DNA of 64,000 nt from Eledone cirrhosa (taxonomy: Eukaryota), in assembly GCA_964016885.1 (NCBI GenBank), contig OZ024743.1, forward strand, positions 291,276,001 to 291,340,000, written 5' to 3'. This document shows positions 40,030-53,592 of this stretch, piece by piece (position 1 is the stretch's first letter; every line of letters starts with the position of its first letter). Made by a program: the position numbers and the translations under genes. Under the pieces are notes generated by a model that ran no database searches, was not told where the DNA came from, and saw only the letters and a program-made list of their open reading frames with translations.

Positions 40030-41300
40030 GAGTTTTATGATCCAGTGACCAGTCAGTTAGTTGACAGTTAATAGCGGTGTAATGGTATGTATTCCGTACG
40101 TTAAAATCCAGGTGGTTCAGTTCTAATTTTGGGAATGCTGGGTCGAATCACAGTGTTACCTAGGCCTAGTTTGTTGAAGAAGACTGATGTTTTTCCGTAA
40201 TTTTTTCCATGTTTTGATTATTTAAGTTCTTTGCTAAAAGGAGTGTGTCGTCTCTATAAATTCCTCCTTGGAGGTTATTAAATTCCTTATGTAAGTTGTG
40301 TGCTATATATATCCCCACTATGTCTGTTACCTGCGCCGAGTCGCTAGATCCCGTTGTGATATCGAAGCTACTCTGTCTGTTTTTTCGTTCCTATTTTCGA
40401 ATCTAATGATAGTTCTCCTAGCATCTAGTATTATTCTAATTTCATCAAAGGTTAGGTTCGAGTTTTTCTGAGCAAAGGCTGGTGATTTATTTAGGGTGAC
40501 TGGGGAGATGGAGGAATAGTAGTCATTTATGTCAAACTGTACGAAGCTGGATGTTTTCCTACTGTCTATTTTGCTGAACCAGTATATTGCTTCGTTAGTG
40601 TTATCCCATACCTTAATTAGAAGTTTGTCCTTGATTTCTGCTATTACCCTATCTAGTATATACTTGCTAATTCTACGTATATCCGACTTCGATGGGCATA
40701 TTAATCTAATTGTGGGATCTGTTTGAAATTATTTTTGTGATCCTTTAGGTTAAATGTGGGGTTACAAGGGGTTAGAGGCTCGGTTCTATGAGATATTTTC
40801 AGTTTTGTTTTAATATGCTAAGTCCTTCCTTATTAATGCTAGTGAGTGTAGATTCTGTAGTTTTCTTGTATTTTTTGTGTAGTTCAAGGCGTATAAAGTT
40901 ATTCTATGTATTAAGGCTCATGGTGTATACGTTTGATGTTTTGTCCGCGTTTACTATAATACCGTTGGTGTTGCGTACATTCTTTAGCAGTGCATTGATG
41001 TCGTTTTGCAGTTTGTTGTGATGTGTCCGTTTTTTTATTTAGGTTCCACTCATCATATTCATGAAGTCGAGTTCAAAGGCATGGAGCTGGGGGCTATTCT
41101 GTGGATTTTTGCAGGATTTGAATCCGTAATTTTCCCTAGTAAATTCATATGTGTTATTAGCGTGTCCGTTATCGTTGTGATAGGACTTCCATCGACTTCG
41201 ACGGATGAAGTCATTAGTACGCTGTATCATGCCGAGTGTTTATAGGTATAGGTGTGTTTTTTAAGGACATGCCCATGTGGTGCTTTTCCATGTTAGTGCC
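40030..41300 (-). mobile_element. Decayed PLE (Naiad-type N-terminus and RT)
   Basis: FIRRSRWKSY..YGFKSCKNP..LHAFELDF, NADKTSNVY and FVQFDINDYYSSISP, paralleling the element at 30280. Confidence 0.7.
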
Positions 41301-41513
41301 GTGCGTTAAGGTTGTTGCTCAACCTAGTGGGAGCTGGGTATATGGGATAACAAGTTATCGTTATAGGTAATCCAGTTAGAGGTCGTAAGTACTCTGTGTC
41401 GCGGATAATTTTAACGTACGGATTTGCTTGACTCTACAAGTTGTTTCCATAGTTAGGTAGCGAGTTCGCGAGAACTCCTATGCAGGTTATACTTGGAGTA
41501 ATAATAGTTATCC

Positions 41514-41548
<35 letters not shown>

Positions 41549-42114
41549 GGGTGTGCTTGATTGTGTATAGAAGATTATATTAATAAAAGGAATTCCAGCT
41601 TTGTCTGATATACTCGTTTTATTTACAATCCTTTAAAATTATAATGGTATTAGAATGAAATAGTATGGTAGAATATTAAATCTTAAGTGTTAATTGAACA
41701 AGTACCTTCATGCTTTCGCAATCTTCAGGTTAATAAATATTCCGTGGGAGACAGTCAAGTTTGCAATTATCAACTGTAATGAGATAGGTAAATGTTGTGC
41801 CTTATATACAGTGAAAAGCGGGTACAGAATGCTAAATCTTGCAAACTGTATTTCGACCAATCGGTGTGTAGTTTCACTGGATTACTAAAGCTGATTGGTT
41901 TAGGCGTCACGGTTGGATCAGCATGTCTAACGACTACTATTTGACCCTATCCAAAGCATCAATTGTTTTGCTATTTTTTAGAAACGATCAAAATTTCATT
42001 TTCTAGTAATCATCACCATCAACATCACTTTTATTATTATTATCGTTGTTGTTGTTGTTAGTGGTGGTAGTCGACATGGTCGTAGTCATAGTCATAGTAG
42101 GAGTGAAATCCCCA

Positions 42115-43570
42115 TTATTATTGTTCATTTAGCTTTGGTTTGAATTTATCAATAACATTTTTTCTTTGATTTGTTTTCTTGAATTCACTTGGGCTGTGTA
42201 ATTTGTAGAATGGAAATATTATAAATATTCTCTGACCACATGTTGCTAAATGGTTACTCAGGGGTGTCTGACGGATATTAGGGTCTCTGATTTGATTTGC
42301 TGTCGCTGCACCTGTGCACGTTCTGATAGTGCATTTCCAGTTTGACCGACATATAGTTCTTCACAATTCGGGCATTTAATGCAGTAAATTAGATTTCTGC
42401 TTTTGCACTTCATATTTGCACTATGGGAATATTTTTTCTAGTTTTTGTTTTCATATATTGACCAGTATGTATGAACTGACATGTGCCACATCGACTATCA
42501 TTGCATTTAGATACAGTGAATGATTGGGCTTTGTTGTTAAGGTCAAACTTTGCTTTTGTTAGTAATTGGTTCAAATTTTTCGGCCGTCTTTTACTAAGAG
42601 TCAAAGATCAGTCTGTGATTAAGCCTTTTAATGCATTACTTTGAGCAATGATCGGTAGATTGGCTTTGGCAGTGTTGAAGATGTTCTGATAAAATGGGTT
42701 GTGTGTCATTATAAATGGAATGACCAATTCTTGGTTTCTTCTTCCTTGGGTTGTCCTAAGTTGTTGTATAGGTATTTTTATAGCCCACTGTATGCCATTT
42801 TCTATAAGTAGAGATGGGCATTTTTGTTTGAGCAAACATTCTCTTATTTCTGTTAGGCGTTTGTTCCTGGTATTCGTATCTTCTACAATGGTACACTTTC
42901 TTCTGGCTAGGCAGTATGGGATATTGCGTTTTGTATGAGGTGGATGACTTAAAATTGAGATATTGATGGGTGTCTGTGTGTTTATAATATATATCCGTGG
43001 TTATGGTGGTGTCGTTTTTGATTACCATTATATCTAGGAATGGTAACTTGGTACTACTCATATCTTTTGTGAATTGGAGAGATGGGAGTAGGTTATTCAG
43101 GAGGATATTGAACTCATCCAGAGTATCTAGAGTTTCTGTCCAGATGATAAAACAGTCGTCAAGGTATCTCTTCCAAAATTTTTCAATGCACTTTCTAAAG
43201 TAAGTACTATATTTTTCCTCTATTTCTTGGTAGAGTTGTTGTTCTAAGTATCCCATTACAGAGTTCGTGTAAACGGGAGCAAACTTCGTTTCCATCGCTG
43301 TGCCTCTAATTTGGATGTAATTCTTTCCATTGAAGAAGAAAGTGTTGTTTTCCAGAATAAGTTTGACTGCGTCTAATATAAATGGCGCTGTGAATCTGCT
43401 GGAAATCACTTCTCAATGTTTTTCCACCCAGTATTAACCGCCTTTATTCCTAAATCATATGTAATGTTGGTGTAAAGGCTTACCACATCAAAACTAAGTA
43501 GAAGTGAATTCGTTTCGGTGGTTTTGGGAAGATGGGACAGGAAGTCGATATCATCCAGGATGGAACTGTG
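42115..43570 (-). mobile_element. Decayed PLE (RT plus GIY-YIG)
   Basis: SFDVVSLYTNI, YIQIRGTAM..FAPVY, WKRYLDDCFIIW, LPFLDIMV, DIYYKHTDTHQYL, CNDSRCGTC, NLIYCIKCPNCEELYVGQTG. Confidence 0.88.
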
Positions 43571-43739
43571 AAACCGGTAAAGGAACCAAATAAATATATA
43601 TATATTTTTTAAATAAGACTCCAGTTTCATTTTCGATTTCATCTTTTTTCTTTATACTTTCCCTCGTGTAGGACACCTCGGTTATTTTTCATTTTGTAAA
43701 AAAATTCCCTTTCTAATATATATATATATATATATATAT

Positions 43740-44640
43740 TAAAATAACAGATTAAAGTTTAAGCAAAAAATCGCTGCTTTCACCCTTAACGGGATCTTCT
43801 GAAACTAAAAAAGTCAATCTGTGAACGCAGAATTAAATATTTCGAAAAACGATGCAACCGTAGGAAGACAGAAGACGATACTTTGGTTCCTGAAAACGTT
43901 CCCTGGCATTGAACGGAAAAAACGAAGATAATACGTCATTATTTGGAGCGGTGAAAACAATTACAGGCGATGACAAAACCACGTTTATGGTATAAATGAA
44001 GTCGTAGACTAATATTCTATTAGTTGGTTCAAGGAGACGTTCTCTGGCAATGAATGGAAAAAAACGAAGATAATACGTCATTATGTGGATCGTTGAGAAC
44101 AATTGCACGCAAAGACAAAACCACGTAAATGGTATAACTGAAGTCGTAGACTAAAATTCTAATTAGGAAACCGAATGATTCTCGGCTTCAGAGTAAATCA
44201 AATACAGAGGTAATTGAAATTAAATAAATATATATGCGCATCCATATAGGTACATACATAAGCATACGCGAAAACACACGCCATTTGGTATACAAAATAC
44301 AAGCACTTACACAAAAAAGCCCGCACGCACATACATAACCCACGCAAAACCTGTATCCGCACACATACGAACGTATACACCAAATAAACATAAAAATATA
44401 TATTTTAAAAAAAATATATATATATGTGTGTGTGTGTGCGTGTATACATATAATTAAATAAACATATATAACGCGTGCACACACATACCTACGTGTAAAT
44501 ACACATTGTCCGCAGGCGTAGGTCGACCAAAACACAAAGTACACATATACACACACCCTACATACGTACGAACCCGCATACTCGCACAGACGCAAAACAT
44601 GCGTATACACAAAACCAAACGCACATGTACCAGAATATAA
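43740..44640 (-). mobile_element. 3' UTR/pLTR of family C PLE
   Basis: Reverse complement matches ~32830-33740, including the internal ~140-bp duplication. Confidence 0.85.
43756..43806 (-). ncRNA. Hammerhead-like motif, family C (A at core position 4)
   Basis: AGTTT-CAGAAGA-TCCC-GTTAA-GGGT-GAAA-GCA..TGC-TT-AAACT. Confidence 0.6.
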
Positions 44641-44796
44641 ATATATATATGCGTGTGTATGTTAGTCACTTGTGTAAGTACAGTAATAGACGACGTACGG
44701 TTCAAAGCGCTCGATACTGTTACAACGTCTATCTCGTGTGTGTTGTATTCCTGTGTTTAGGCGGCTGTACTGTGGAGAATATAAGTATACTAAATA

Positions 44797-45014
44797 GAAT
44801 CGAAGTTAGTGTTGCAGCATAGTACAAACTTTATTGGCATATTACTTTTGTTACGATATCGATGGGTCTTTGCACATATACAATCACATATCTGACGAGA
44901 TCTCGAAGTGTAGTCAGCCCCTTCATTTTGATTGTACACGCAGTTGATCGATATCGAAAAAAATATAATATGCACATAAAGTGTGTACATATGCTGCAAC
45001 ACTGACTTAGATTC
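44797..45014. mobile_element. Inverted pair with decayed hammerhead, family K
   Basis: Arms ~44797-44862 and ~44945-45014; plus-strand HHR 44887-44972: CATAT-CTGACGA-GATCTCGA..TCGATATC-GAAA-AAAATA-TA-ATATG. Confidence 0.6.
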
Positions 45015-45030
45015 CACCTAATCTATCTCT

Positions 45031-45138
<108 letters not shown>

Positions 45139-46044
45139 CATATATATAGCTGCCACTGTATGATTTGTATATGAATATGGATGCCTATATACAAACTGAA
45201 TACAATTGTGTTGTGCTTATTTTGCCAGATTTGTTAGAGCTGTGTATGTTAGGTTGTACATGTGTATAACATATCATTTCTTATTTGCTTTTTACTCTCT
45301 CTTATGTACTGAAAACACAGAAACACAGATGCTTTTACAACCCTACAGTTATGTTCTCATCCTAACTTCTATAAAATATTCTCTCTTAATAAGTAAGTCT
45401 CTCATATGCAACTTGATATTTTTCATCGCACATTTTTCACCTCGTATTGTATCACATCAGTTTTTGTTACTTTCTTTCTCAATCATCCTCTATTTGAGTC
45501 AATCATTAATTTTAACATGTTTGAAAACAACATAAATCGAAACAAATAATTAGATGACTAAATCCTACTTTATATTCGTTTCTAATATTGGCACGAACCA
45601 GCAAAGAATTATGAAAAAATGTCTCTTTGTTACTTATAATATTTTTATAATTTTTATAATTTTTATTAGTTTTCGTTTGAATTCATCTTCTTGCCGTCAC
45701 AGCCGCTTTCTCTGGTCACATTTTTTAATATTCTTTTCCATTTCATCTCAGATTTTTTTCTCTTGAACATGAATATGCATATTTATGATGAATGACATGC
45801 CTCATCACGATTCTGTTAACGCTGTGTCTATATTTATGTATTCTAATATATTTATCTTCTTCTTTCTCCTTTTACACTCGATCTACCTTTATGTTACTGC
45901 ACGCTTTCTCTCTCATATTCTGCACTTTTTTTACTCACTCTTGATATTCTGTACACGATAATATGTAGAATGGTTCTACAAATACATAATCCAACGTTGT
46001 TTTTATACGTGTACACGTACGAATACACACACACGCACAACACA

Positions 46045-46430
<386 letters not shown>

Positions 46431-47149
46431 GTGTATTTATGTTTATAGGCAAGTATGTATATTTAATAGATGTACGCATACATATTTAACAATATGTAGC
46501 CTTTAATGTGTATACACATACGATTAAAAACCGTAATGAAAGGAAATATAATTCAAAAATTAAAAACTAAAATGAAAAATATTAAAAAAATATACTATGT
46601 AAGAATTGTGTGAGTTTAAAACATTTTCATTTTCACTTGTAATACTTGATGTGTATTAAGTTTCCTTGTTTGTATATATCATGTACTTGAGTTGATTTAT
46701 GTGTATTATGTTGTATTATGTGTATTATACTTTTGTCACATATTTTCCTGACGGAAAGCTCTGTACTGAAGGGTAAATCTATAAGCTGCATTTAACAAAT
46801 ATAACAACATGTGATTTTGGTTTGGTTTTTGTATAGCTTTTTTTTTTGTATTCTCTGAACATTTTCACAATGTTTCAACAACACAAGATCCAATCGTGAT
46901 ATATTGTTTAACACTAAAGGGGAGCAATGTATCTTTTGTATACTGTTTTTGTGTAAATGCGTGTCTGTAGATAACATTATATTCTATTCTTTATGTTTTT
47001 GTGATTCCTTTCTACAAAATTCGGGTGATATTCTTTGTGTATTATACACACATATTTATGTGTGTATGAATATATTCGTCAAAATGCCTTCATCACTTGT
47101 AATCAGCATATGATTATATTTAACATTTGGCTACATATATATATATATG

Positions 47150-47261
<112 letters not shown>

Positions 47262-47492
47262 CACACACACACACACATACACACACATACAAAGAAAATA
47301 TGTTTGGAACGCGGCAAGCGAAATAAAAGAAAAGCTTTTGCGTAATATTTTTGACAATAATTTTATATGATAATGGGGGCGTATAGACCCACTAAACGGA
47401 TAATTATGGGTATCAGCAGTTATTGGATACTACCAACGTTTTTCCTACCAGTCGGGCTATACGCCCCTTATTAGAGTACATGTCCAAAGGAA

Positions 47493-47680
47493 GTGGATTG
47501 GCAGTATCGGTAGAGGGTCTGACACCATGCTTTGCAGCAAAGAGTTACAGCCCTTTATGGTTTGAGTTCAAATCGCACCAAGGTTAACTTTGCCTTTCAT
47601 CCTTACGAGGTCGATAAAATAAAGTACCACTATTTTACTGGGTAATTGCTGGCCTTGTGCCGAAAGATGAAACAATTATA
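47493..47680 (+). mobile_element. SINE family 1, full length
   Basis: TGGCAGTATCGG (A-box-like), GAGTTCAAATC (B box), GCCTTTCATCC..GGTCGATAAAATAAAGTACC body. Confidence 0.88.
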
Positions 47681-47718
47681 GTTAATGATATCATGGCGAA
47701 GCTTCTGATTCTATTTCA

Positions 47719-47812
<94 letters not shown>

Positions 47813-48643
47813 GTTTACATATATATAAAGTCATATATATATGTGTTTTGCAACGGGTCACGCTGTGGCTCAATGAAAATTTAATAAATTAAATAATCAG
47901 AGCTATATATCATAAAACATGTCTATAGAATCACTAGATAAAATATATACCGTTTCCTCTCCCAATTACAATAATTAACCATATAAAAATCAATTAGACC
48001 AAGCTATAAGAATAAAGGCTCCTATGAAGAAATCTCCTACAAATAACCGAAAGCAGCCCCTTCGCGGCGGTTACGACGGAGTCTTTATCGAACATTTCGA
48101 TAACATGTATAAATCGACCAGATATACAGTCAACTAAACATAATTAGGTGTAAAATAAACTTGGAAGAAATCTGTACATATTTAATTACCTCTACCATAT
48201 TTTCCTCCGTATTTTAAGACATCCGATAACAGGGGACATCTAGAGCTTCGGACTCATCAGGATTTAGCTCAAACTTAGACAATTAATTTTCTAAAGTGAT
48301 CGCGCCAAGAATACATTGAAAAATGGCTAAGAATCGTGACGTGGCAGCGGTCAAGTTAGAAAGGATGTGATTAGTTTCTTACGGCTGGTAGGTTTATTGC
48401 TAGAAAGCGCAGCCCTATACAGCCAAATTGTATCTCAACCTAACGGGAGATTATTACATATAAAGGTTTACATATATATAAAGTCATAGATATATATGTG
48501 TTTTGCAACAGGTCTCGTTTTGGCTCAATGAAGAATTAATAACTTAAATAACTTGACCGCTGCCACGTAACGATTCTTAACCATTTTTTAATGTATTCTT
48601 GGCGCGATCACTTTGGAAAATTAATTGTCTAAATTTGAGCTAA

Positions 48644-48717
48644 CTCCTGATGAATCCGAAGCTCTAGATCTCCCTTGTTATGGGATATCTTAAAATACGG
48701 ACGAAACTATTGTAGAG
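48644..48717 (+). ncRNA. Hammerhead ribozyme, family G copy 1
   Basis: CTC-CTGATGA-ATCCG..CGGAC-GAAA-CTATTG-TA-GAG. Confidence 0.7.
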
Positions 48718-49285
48718 GTAATTAAATATGTACACACTTCTTCCAAGTTTATTTTACACCTAATGATGTTTAGTTGACTGTATATCTGGTCGATTTATAC
48801 ATGCTGTCGAATGTTCGATAAATACTCCGTCGTAACCGCCGCGAAGGGGTTGCTTTCGGTTATTTATTGGAGATTTCTTCATAGGAGCCTTTATTCTTAT
48901 AGCTTGGTCTAATTGATTTTTTATATGGTTAATTATGCTAATTGGGAGAGGAAACGTATATATTTTATCTAGTGATTCTATAGACATGTTTTATGATATA
49001 TAGCTCTGATTATTTAATTTATTAATTCTGCATTGAGCTACAACGTGACCCGTTGCAAAACACATATATCTATGACTTTATATATATGTAAATCTTTATA
49101 TGTAATAACCTCCCATTAGATTGAGATACAATTTCGTTGCGCTTTCTAGCAATAAACCTACCAGCCGTAAGCAACTAATACCATCCTTTCTAACTTAACC
49201 GCTGCCATGTAACGATTCTTAGCTATTTTTCAATGTATTCTTGGCGCGATCATTTTGGAAAATTAATTGTCTAAATTTGTGCTAA

Positions 49286-49359
49286 CTCCTGATGAATCCG
49301 AAGCTCTAGATGTCCCCTGTTATCGGATGTCTTATGATACGGACGAAACCATGGTAGAG
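49286..49359 (+). ncRNA. Hammerhead ribozyme, family G copy 2
   Basis: CTC-CTGATGA-ATCCG..CGGAC-GAAA-CCATGG-TA-GAG; palindromic stem III. Confidence 0.78.
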
Positions 49360-49636
49360 GGAATTAAATATGTACACACTTCTTCCAAGTTTATTTTACA
49401 CCTAATTATGTTTAGTTGACTGTATATCTGGTCAATTTATATATGCTCTCGAAATATTCGATAAATACTCCGTCGTAACCGCCGCGAAGGGGCTGCTTTC
49501 GATTATTTGTCGGAGATTTCTTCATAGGAGCCTTTATTCTTATAGCTTGGTCTAATTGATTTTTTATATGGTTAATTATGCTAATTGGGAGAGGAAACAG
49601 TATATATTTGATCTAGTATTTATATAGACATGTTTA

Positions 49637-49694
<58 letters not shown>

Positions 49695-49738
49695 ATGTGT
49701 GTGTGTGTGTATGTGTGTTTGTGTGTGTGTGTGTGTGT

Positions 49739-49778
<40 letters not shown>

Positions 49779-49844
49779 GTGTGTGTGTGTGGGTGTGTAT
49801 ATAGAAATAGAATTACAAGCTTCGCCTTGGTATCATTAACTATA

Positions 49845-49992
49845 ATTGTTTCTTCTTTCGGCACAAGGCCAGCAATTACCCAGTACATTATTGGTGCTTT
49901 ATTTTATCGACCCCGTAAATATGAAAGACAAATTAACCTCGGCGGGATTTGAACTCAGACCGTAAAGTGACGTAACTATGCTGGAAAGCATG
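49845..49992 (-). mobile_element. SINE family 1, 5'-truncated, part of an inverted duplication
   Basis: Shares the downstream unique spacer (..TATAGTTAATGATA..GGCGAAGCTT..ATTCTATTTC) with the copy at 47493. Confidence 0.85.
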
Positions 49993-50043
49993 TTAGTATA
50001 TTAGTATATATAAAATATATTAGTTAACTTAGAAAACACGCAT

Positions 50044-50079
<36 letters not shown>

Positions 50080-50083
50080 ATGC

Positions 50084-51170
50084 CTTTAGGAAGGCCTTTG
50101 ATTCTGTGGACCGTTACTGCCTGATGAAGATCTTACAGGCTTATGGAATCCCCAAGAGGATAGTGGACCTGATATCACTGCTCTACACCAACACCGAAAC
50201 CCAAGTCCTTACACCTGATGGGATGACAGAGTTCTTTGAGATACTGGCTGGAGTGCTCCAGGGAGATACATTGGCTCCCTACCTTTTTATCATCGTAGTG
50301 GACTAGTGTATGCGCCTTGCACTGGAGAAACACCAGGACTCTGGCTTTACTGTAGCACCGGCTCAGAGCAGGAGAGTTAGGGCGAAAAAGGTATCGGATG
50401 CTGAATTTGCCGACGACATAGTTTTGGTGACAAATACAGTGAAGGAGGCAGAGGATTTGATGCGGGAGGTTGAGACTGTGTCGATGAGTGTGGGGCTGAG
50501 AATGAATGAGACTAAAACAAAATATCTGGTAGAGAATGTTGAGAAGCCAGAGGGGATCACTAATGTAGGCGGGAAGCCGCTGGAATTGGTTGAGGACTTC
50601 CTGTATTTGGAAGCAAAGATTGGGAATACGGAAGATGATGTGGTTGAGAGGAAGTGCAAGGCCTGGGCGGCGTGCCACAGCTTGAGATCGGTGTGGAAGA
50701 CGGACCTTCGTAGGGACCTGAAAATACGCCTCTTCATTGCTGTAGTGGAGTCTGTGCTGCTGTATGGGTCTGAGACTTGGACACTGACCAAGAAACTCAC
50801 TCAGATGGTGGATGGGTGCTACATGAGAATGCTGAGGATGGCTCTGAACATTAATCAGTATACACTGAGGATGAAAAACTCAGAGCTGTATGGGAGCATC
50901 CCAAAAGTCAGCTCAAAAGTGACACAGAGGAGACTGAGGTTGGCTGGATATGCTCACCGACATCCAGAGTTGACATTGCACTCAGTGCTCCTTTGGGAGC
51001 CCCTAAATGGACACACTAGAAGAGGAAGACCAAGGTTAACATATGTTGATGCCCTAAGGACAGACACTGGTCTGTTGGAGATGCAGGATATGGCAGTGAT
51101 AATGAGGGACAGAGACCGCTGGAGAGAACTCGTCCATGGATCTCGGGAATTTTACCCGCCTTAGATAGAT
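50084..51170 (+). mobile_element. RTEX-like LINE, 5'-truncated (RT C-terminal half)
   Basis: FRKAFDSV, GVLQGDTLAPYLFIIVVD, EFADD, VESVLLYGSETWTL, RRGRPRLTYVD; one in-frame stop at 50304-50306; (TA)nCCATGC at ~50070-50083 and ~52040-52056 may be a TSD. Confidence 0.85.
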
Positions 51171-51187
51171 ATATATATATATATATG

Positions 51188-51612
51188 GCCATCCAAAATC
51201 ACCGGGAGAGATGACCCCCTAGCCTTTGTCAAGGCAGAATTCTAGGAGAAGGAAAAGTCTGATATAACACCTGCAACCCTGATGGTATCTAATGATGTTG
51301 ACTTGTTCTTCTTTTTGGTAAATATCATCTTGGTTAAGAGAGTGGGACTGGCTTTGTGCAGTGCCTTTACTCACTATAAAAGCTTTACGGCACAGGCATT
51401 GCTTTATATCTGGAGATCTCTCTGCACTTGTCGTCACATTGTACCATGGGCCCAGCACTATGTGTCAATAGTTGTCACAAGTGTAGTCTTTGTACCAGAG
51501 TTTTCAAGTCGCTGGCTGGACTAAAAAGTCACACTTGTTTAGCGCATCGGTAGGGGTTCTCCTGCATGGATGTAAAGTAGTGGCCGTACTCGAAAACGAG
51601 TTGGCAGCCACC
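51188..51612 (+). mobile_element. Bipartite non-autonomous RTE-derived element
   Basis: Near-identical to 15861-16232 with extra 5' sequence. Confidence 0.7.
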
Positions 51613-51825
51613 ATATATATATATATGTATGTATATATATATGTATATGTATATGTATGTATGTATATGTATGTGTATGTATGTATGTATATGTGTATGT
51701 GTATGTATGTATATGTATATGTATGTATGTATGTATATATGTATGTATATGTATGTGTATGTATGTATGTATGTATGTATGTATCTATGTATGTATGTAT
51801 GTGTGTATGTATGTATATGTATATG

Positions 51826-52007
51826 TCGTCACATGGTACGATGGGCCCAGCACTGTGTGTCAATAATCGTCACAGGTGTAGTGTTTGTACCAGAGCTTTC
51901 ATGTCGCAGGCTGGACTAAAACGTCACACTCGTTCAGCGCATTGTTAGGGGTTCTCCTACATGGATATAAAGTAGTGGCCGTACTCGGAAACGAGTTGGC
52001 AGCCATC
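51826..52007 (+). mobile_element. 3' fragment of the same RTE-derived family
   Basis: Encodes C2H2 remnant HRCSVCTRAFMSQAGLKRHTRSAH; same 3' end. Confidence 0.75.
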
Positions 52008-52200
52008 ATATATATATATATATATATGTATTTATATATATATATATATACCATGCGTGTTTTCTCAGTTAACTAATATATTTTTAGAAGTGTTGATCGT
52101 ATTGTTTGGCACCCGCCGATGAGCTACATCTCCTATGTGGATTCCTTACATTTCATACACTTACGAATCATACACTTATTTAAACATGTCCACGTGTTAT

Positions 52201-52390
52201 TGTGGATTGGCAGTATGAGTAGAGGGTCGGACGCCATGCTTTGAAGCATAGAGTTACGGCCCTTGCCATTCTGAATTCAAATCCCGCCGAGGTTAACTTT
52301 GCCTTTCATCCCTACGGGGGTCGATAAAATAAAGTACCAATAATACACTGGGTAATGGCTGGCCTTGTGCCTAACGTCGCAACAATTATT
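52201..52390 (+). mobile_element. SINE family 1, full length
   Basis: Match to consensus. Confidence 0.88.
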
Positions 52391-53561
52391 TTAATTGGAT
52401 GGTTAGTGCACTTTAATATATTCTTTTTATTGATTTGTATTCACCATTCCTACCGTAGATAAACATGTTCGTCACTCTGGTGGTTTTTGATCCCTATTGT
52501 TTGAATACATATCTCTATGTGTACTTTTTTCTATATGTTGATTCATAAAGAGCCAGGAATATATGCGTTGAGCTAATTAAATTATAGGATTCTAATGTGA
52601 GTTTTTTATTTGATATATATATATATATATAGTAGAATAATCGAGAATCGGAAAAACAGCTTACGAATTAACGATAAACAATATCCGATATGTGTGGCAA
52701 AGGGCTCAATAATTTGGATAAATCAGAGCTATAACTATCGTTAAAATACCAACACATAGAGATCATGTCTAAAATTACCCGTATAGCCGAAAAAGAACGA
52801 CCAGGAAGATTCGGGTCACTCAAATAAAATATCAATAAATCAATAAATCAAATGAATGTAAAAACTCACCCGGACCCGCTAGAAGGATGTTAAATCTAGC
52901 TTCTTGGGTTTCTGCAATTCCTTATTCCAATCACTATCAGCCCACATAAAAAATATATGAGACTTCTAGAGAAGGGGGCACGAGGAAGAGCTTTCTCAAC
53001 GGGAATTCCGTCCGACAATGAAGAGAAGACCCTTAGCTAGAAACGCACATGGTACCTAGCAAGGGAGATAACCTCTACATTAGCGAACAATTGTCGGTGA
53101 TGTGCAAATCATGTAAGGATACAAAATATCACATATCGAATCAGAGTACTCAACAGACTTGTTAAAATAAACAGGAGCTATTCATCAGTCAATAAGATCG
53201 ACAAAAAATAATCAATAAAATTAACTGGTCAATAGCTAAGGTCTAGAGCTAAATATAGTAGAATATACCATTACTCACCAGATTACTTGAAGCTTGGGGT
53301 AGTAGAGTGGGTAATATGAAAAATTCAAGACCTCGATGTGTGAACTCCGGACGTTTCAACAGCTATTTCCGAACATACAGACATATATAGAATCACTGTT
53401 AGCAAATAAAACAATGTATTTCTAAGCACTCTTTGGTTATTTCTAAACATATAACGGCTCTGTAGTATATTAGTTATCCTACTTTGAGCTAAACCCACAC
53501 TGTCATACCAAGGACAATATATCTGTGTGTCTGTGCACATTAATATACTTGTCAACGAAAC

Positions 53562-53592
<31 letters not shown>

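Larger units (their letters stand above)
47808..49640. mobile_element. Non-coding ~642-nt tandem repeat with one hammerhead per unit (retrozyme-like), in inverted arrangement (family G)
   Basis: ~1.1 units minus (47808-48550) and ~1.7 units plus (48551-49640); HHRs at 48190-48263 (-), 48644-48717 (+), 49286-49359 (+); (TA)n at both ends. Confidence 0.82.

Noticed and set aside
48760-48987. 75-aa ORF in the family G repeat
   Set aside because: Antisense to the HHR and frameshifted in the sibling copy at ~47919; no recognisable motif.
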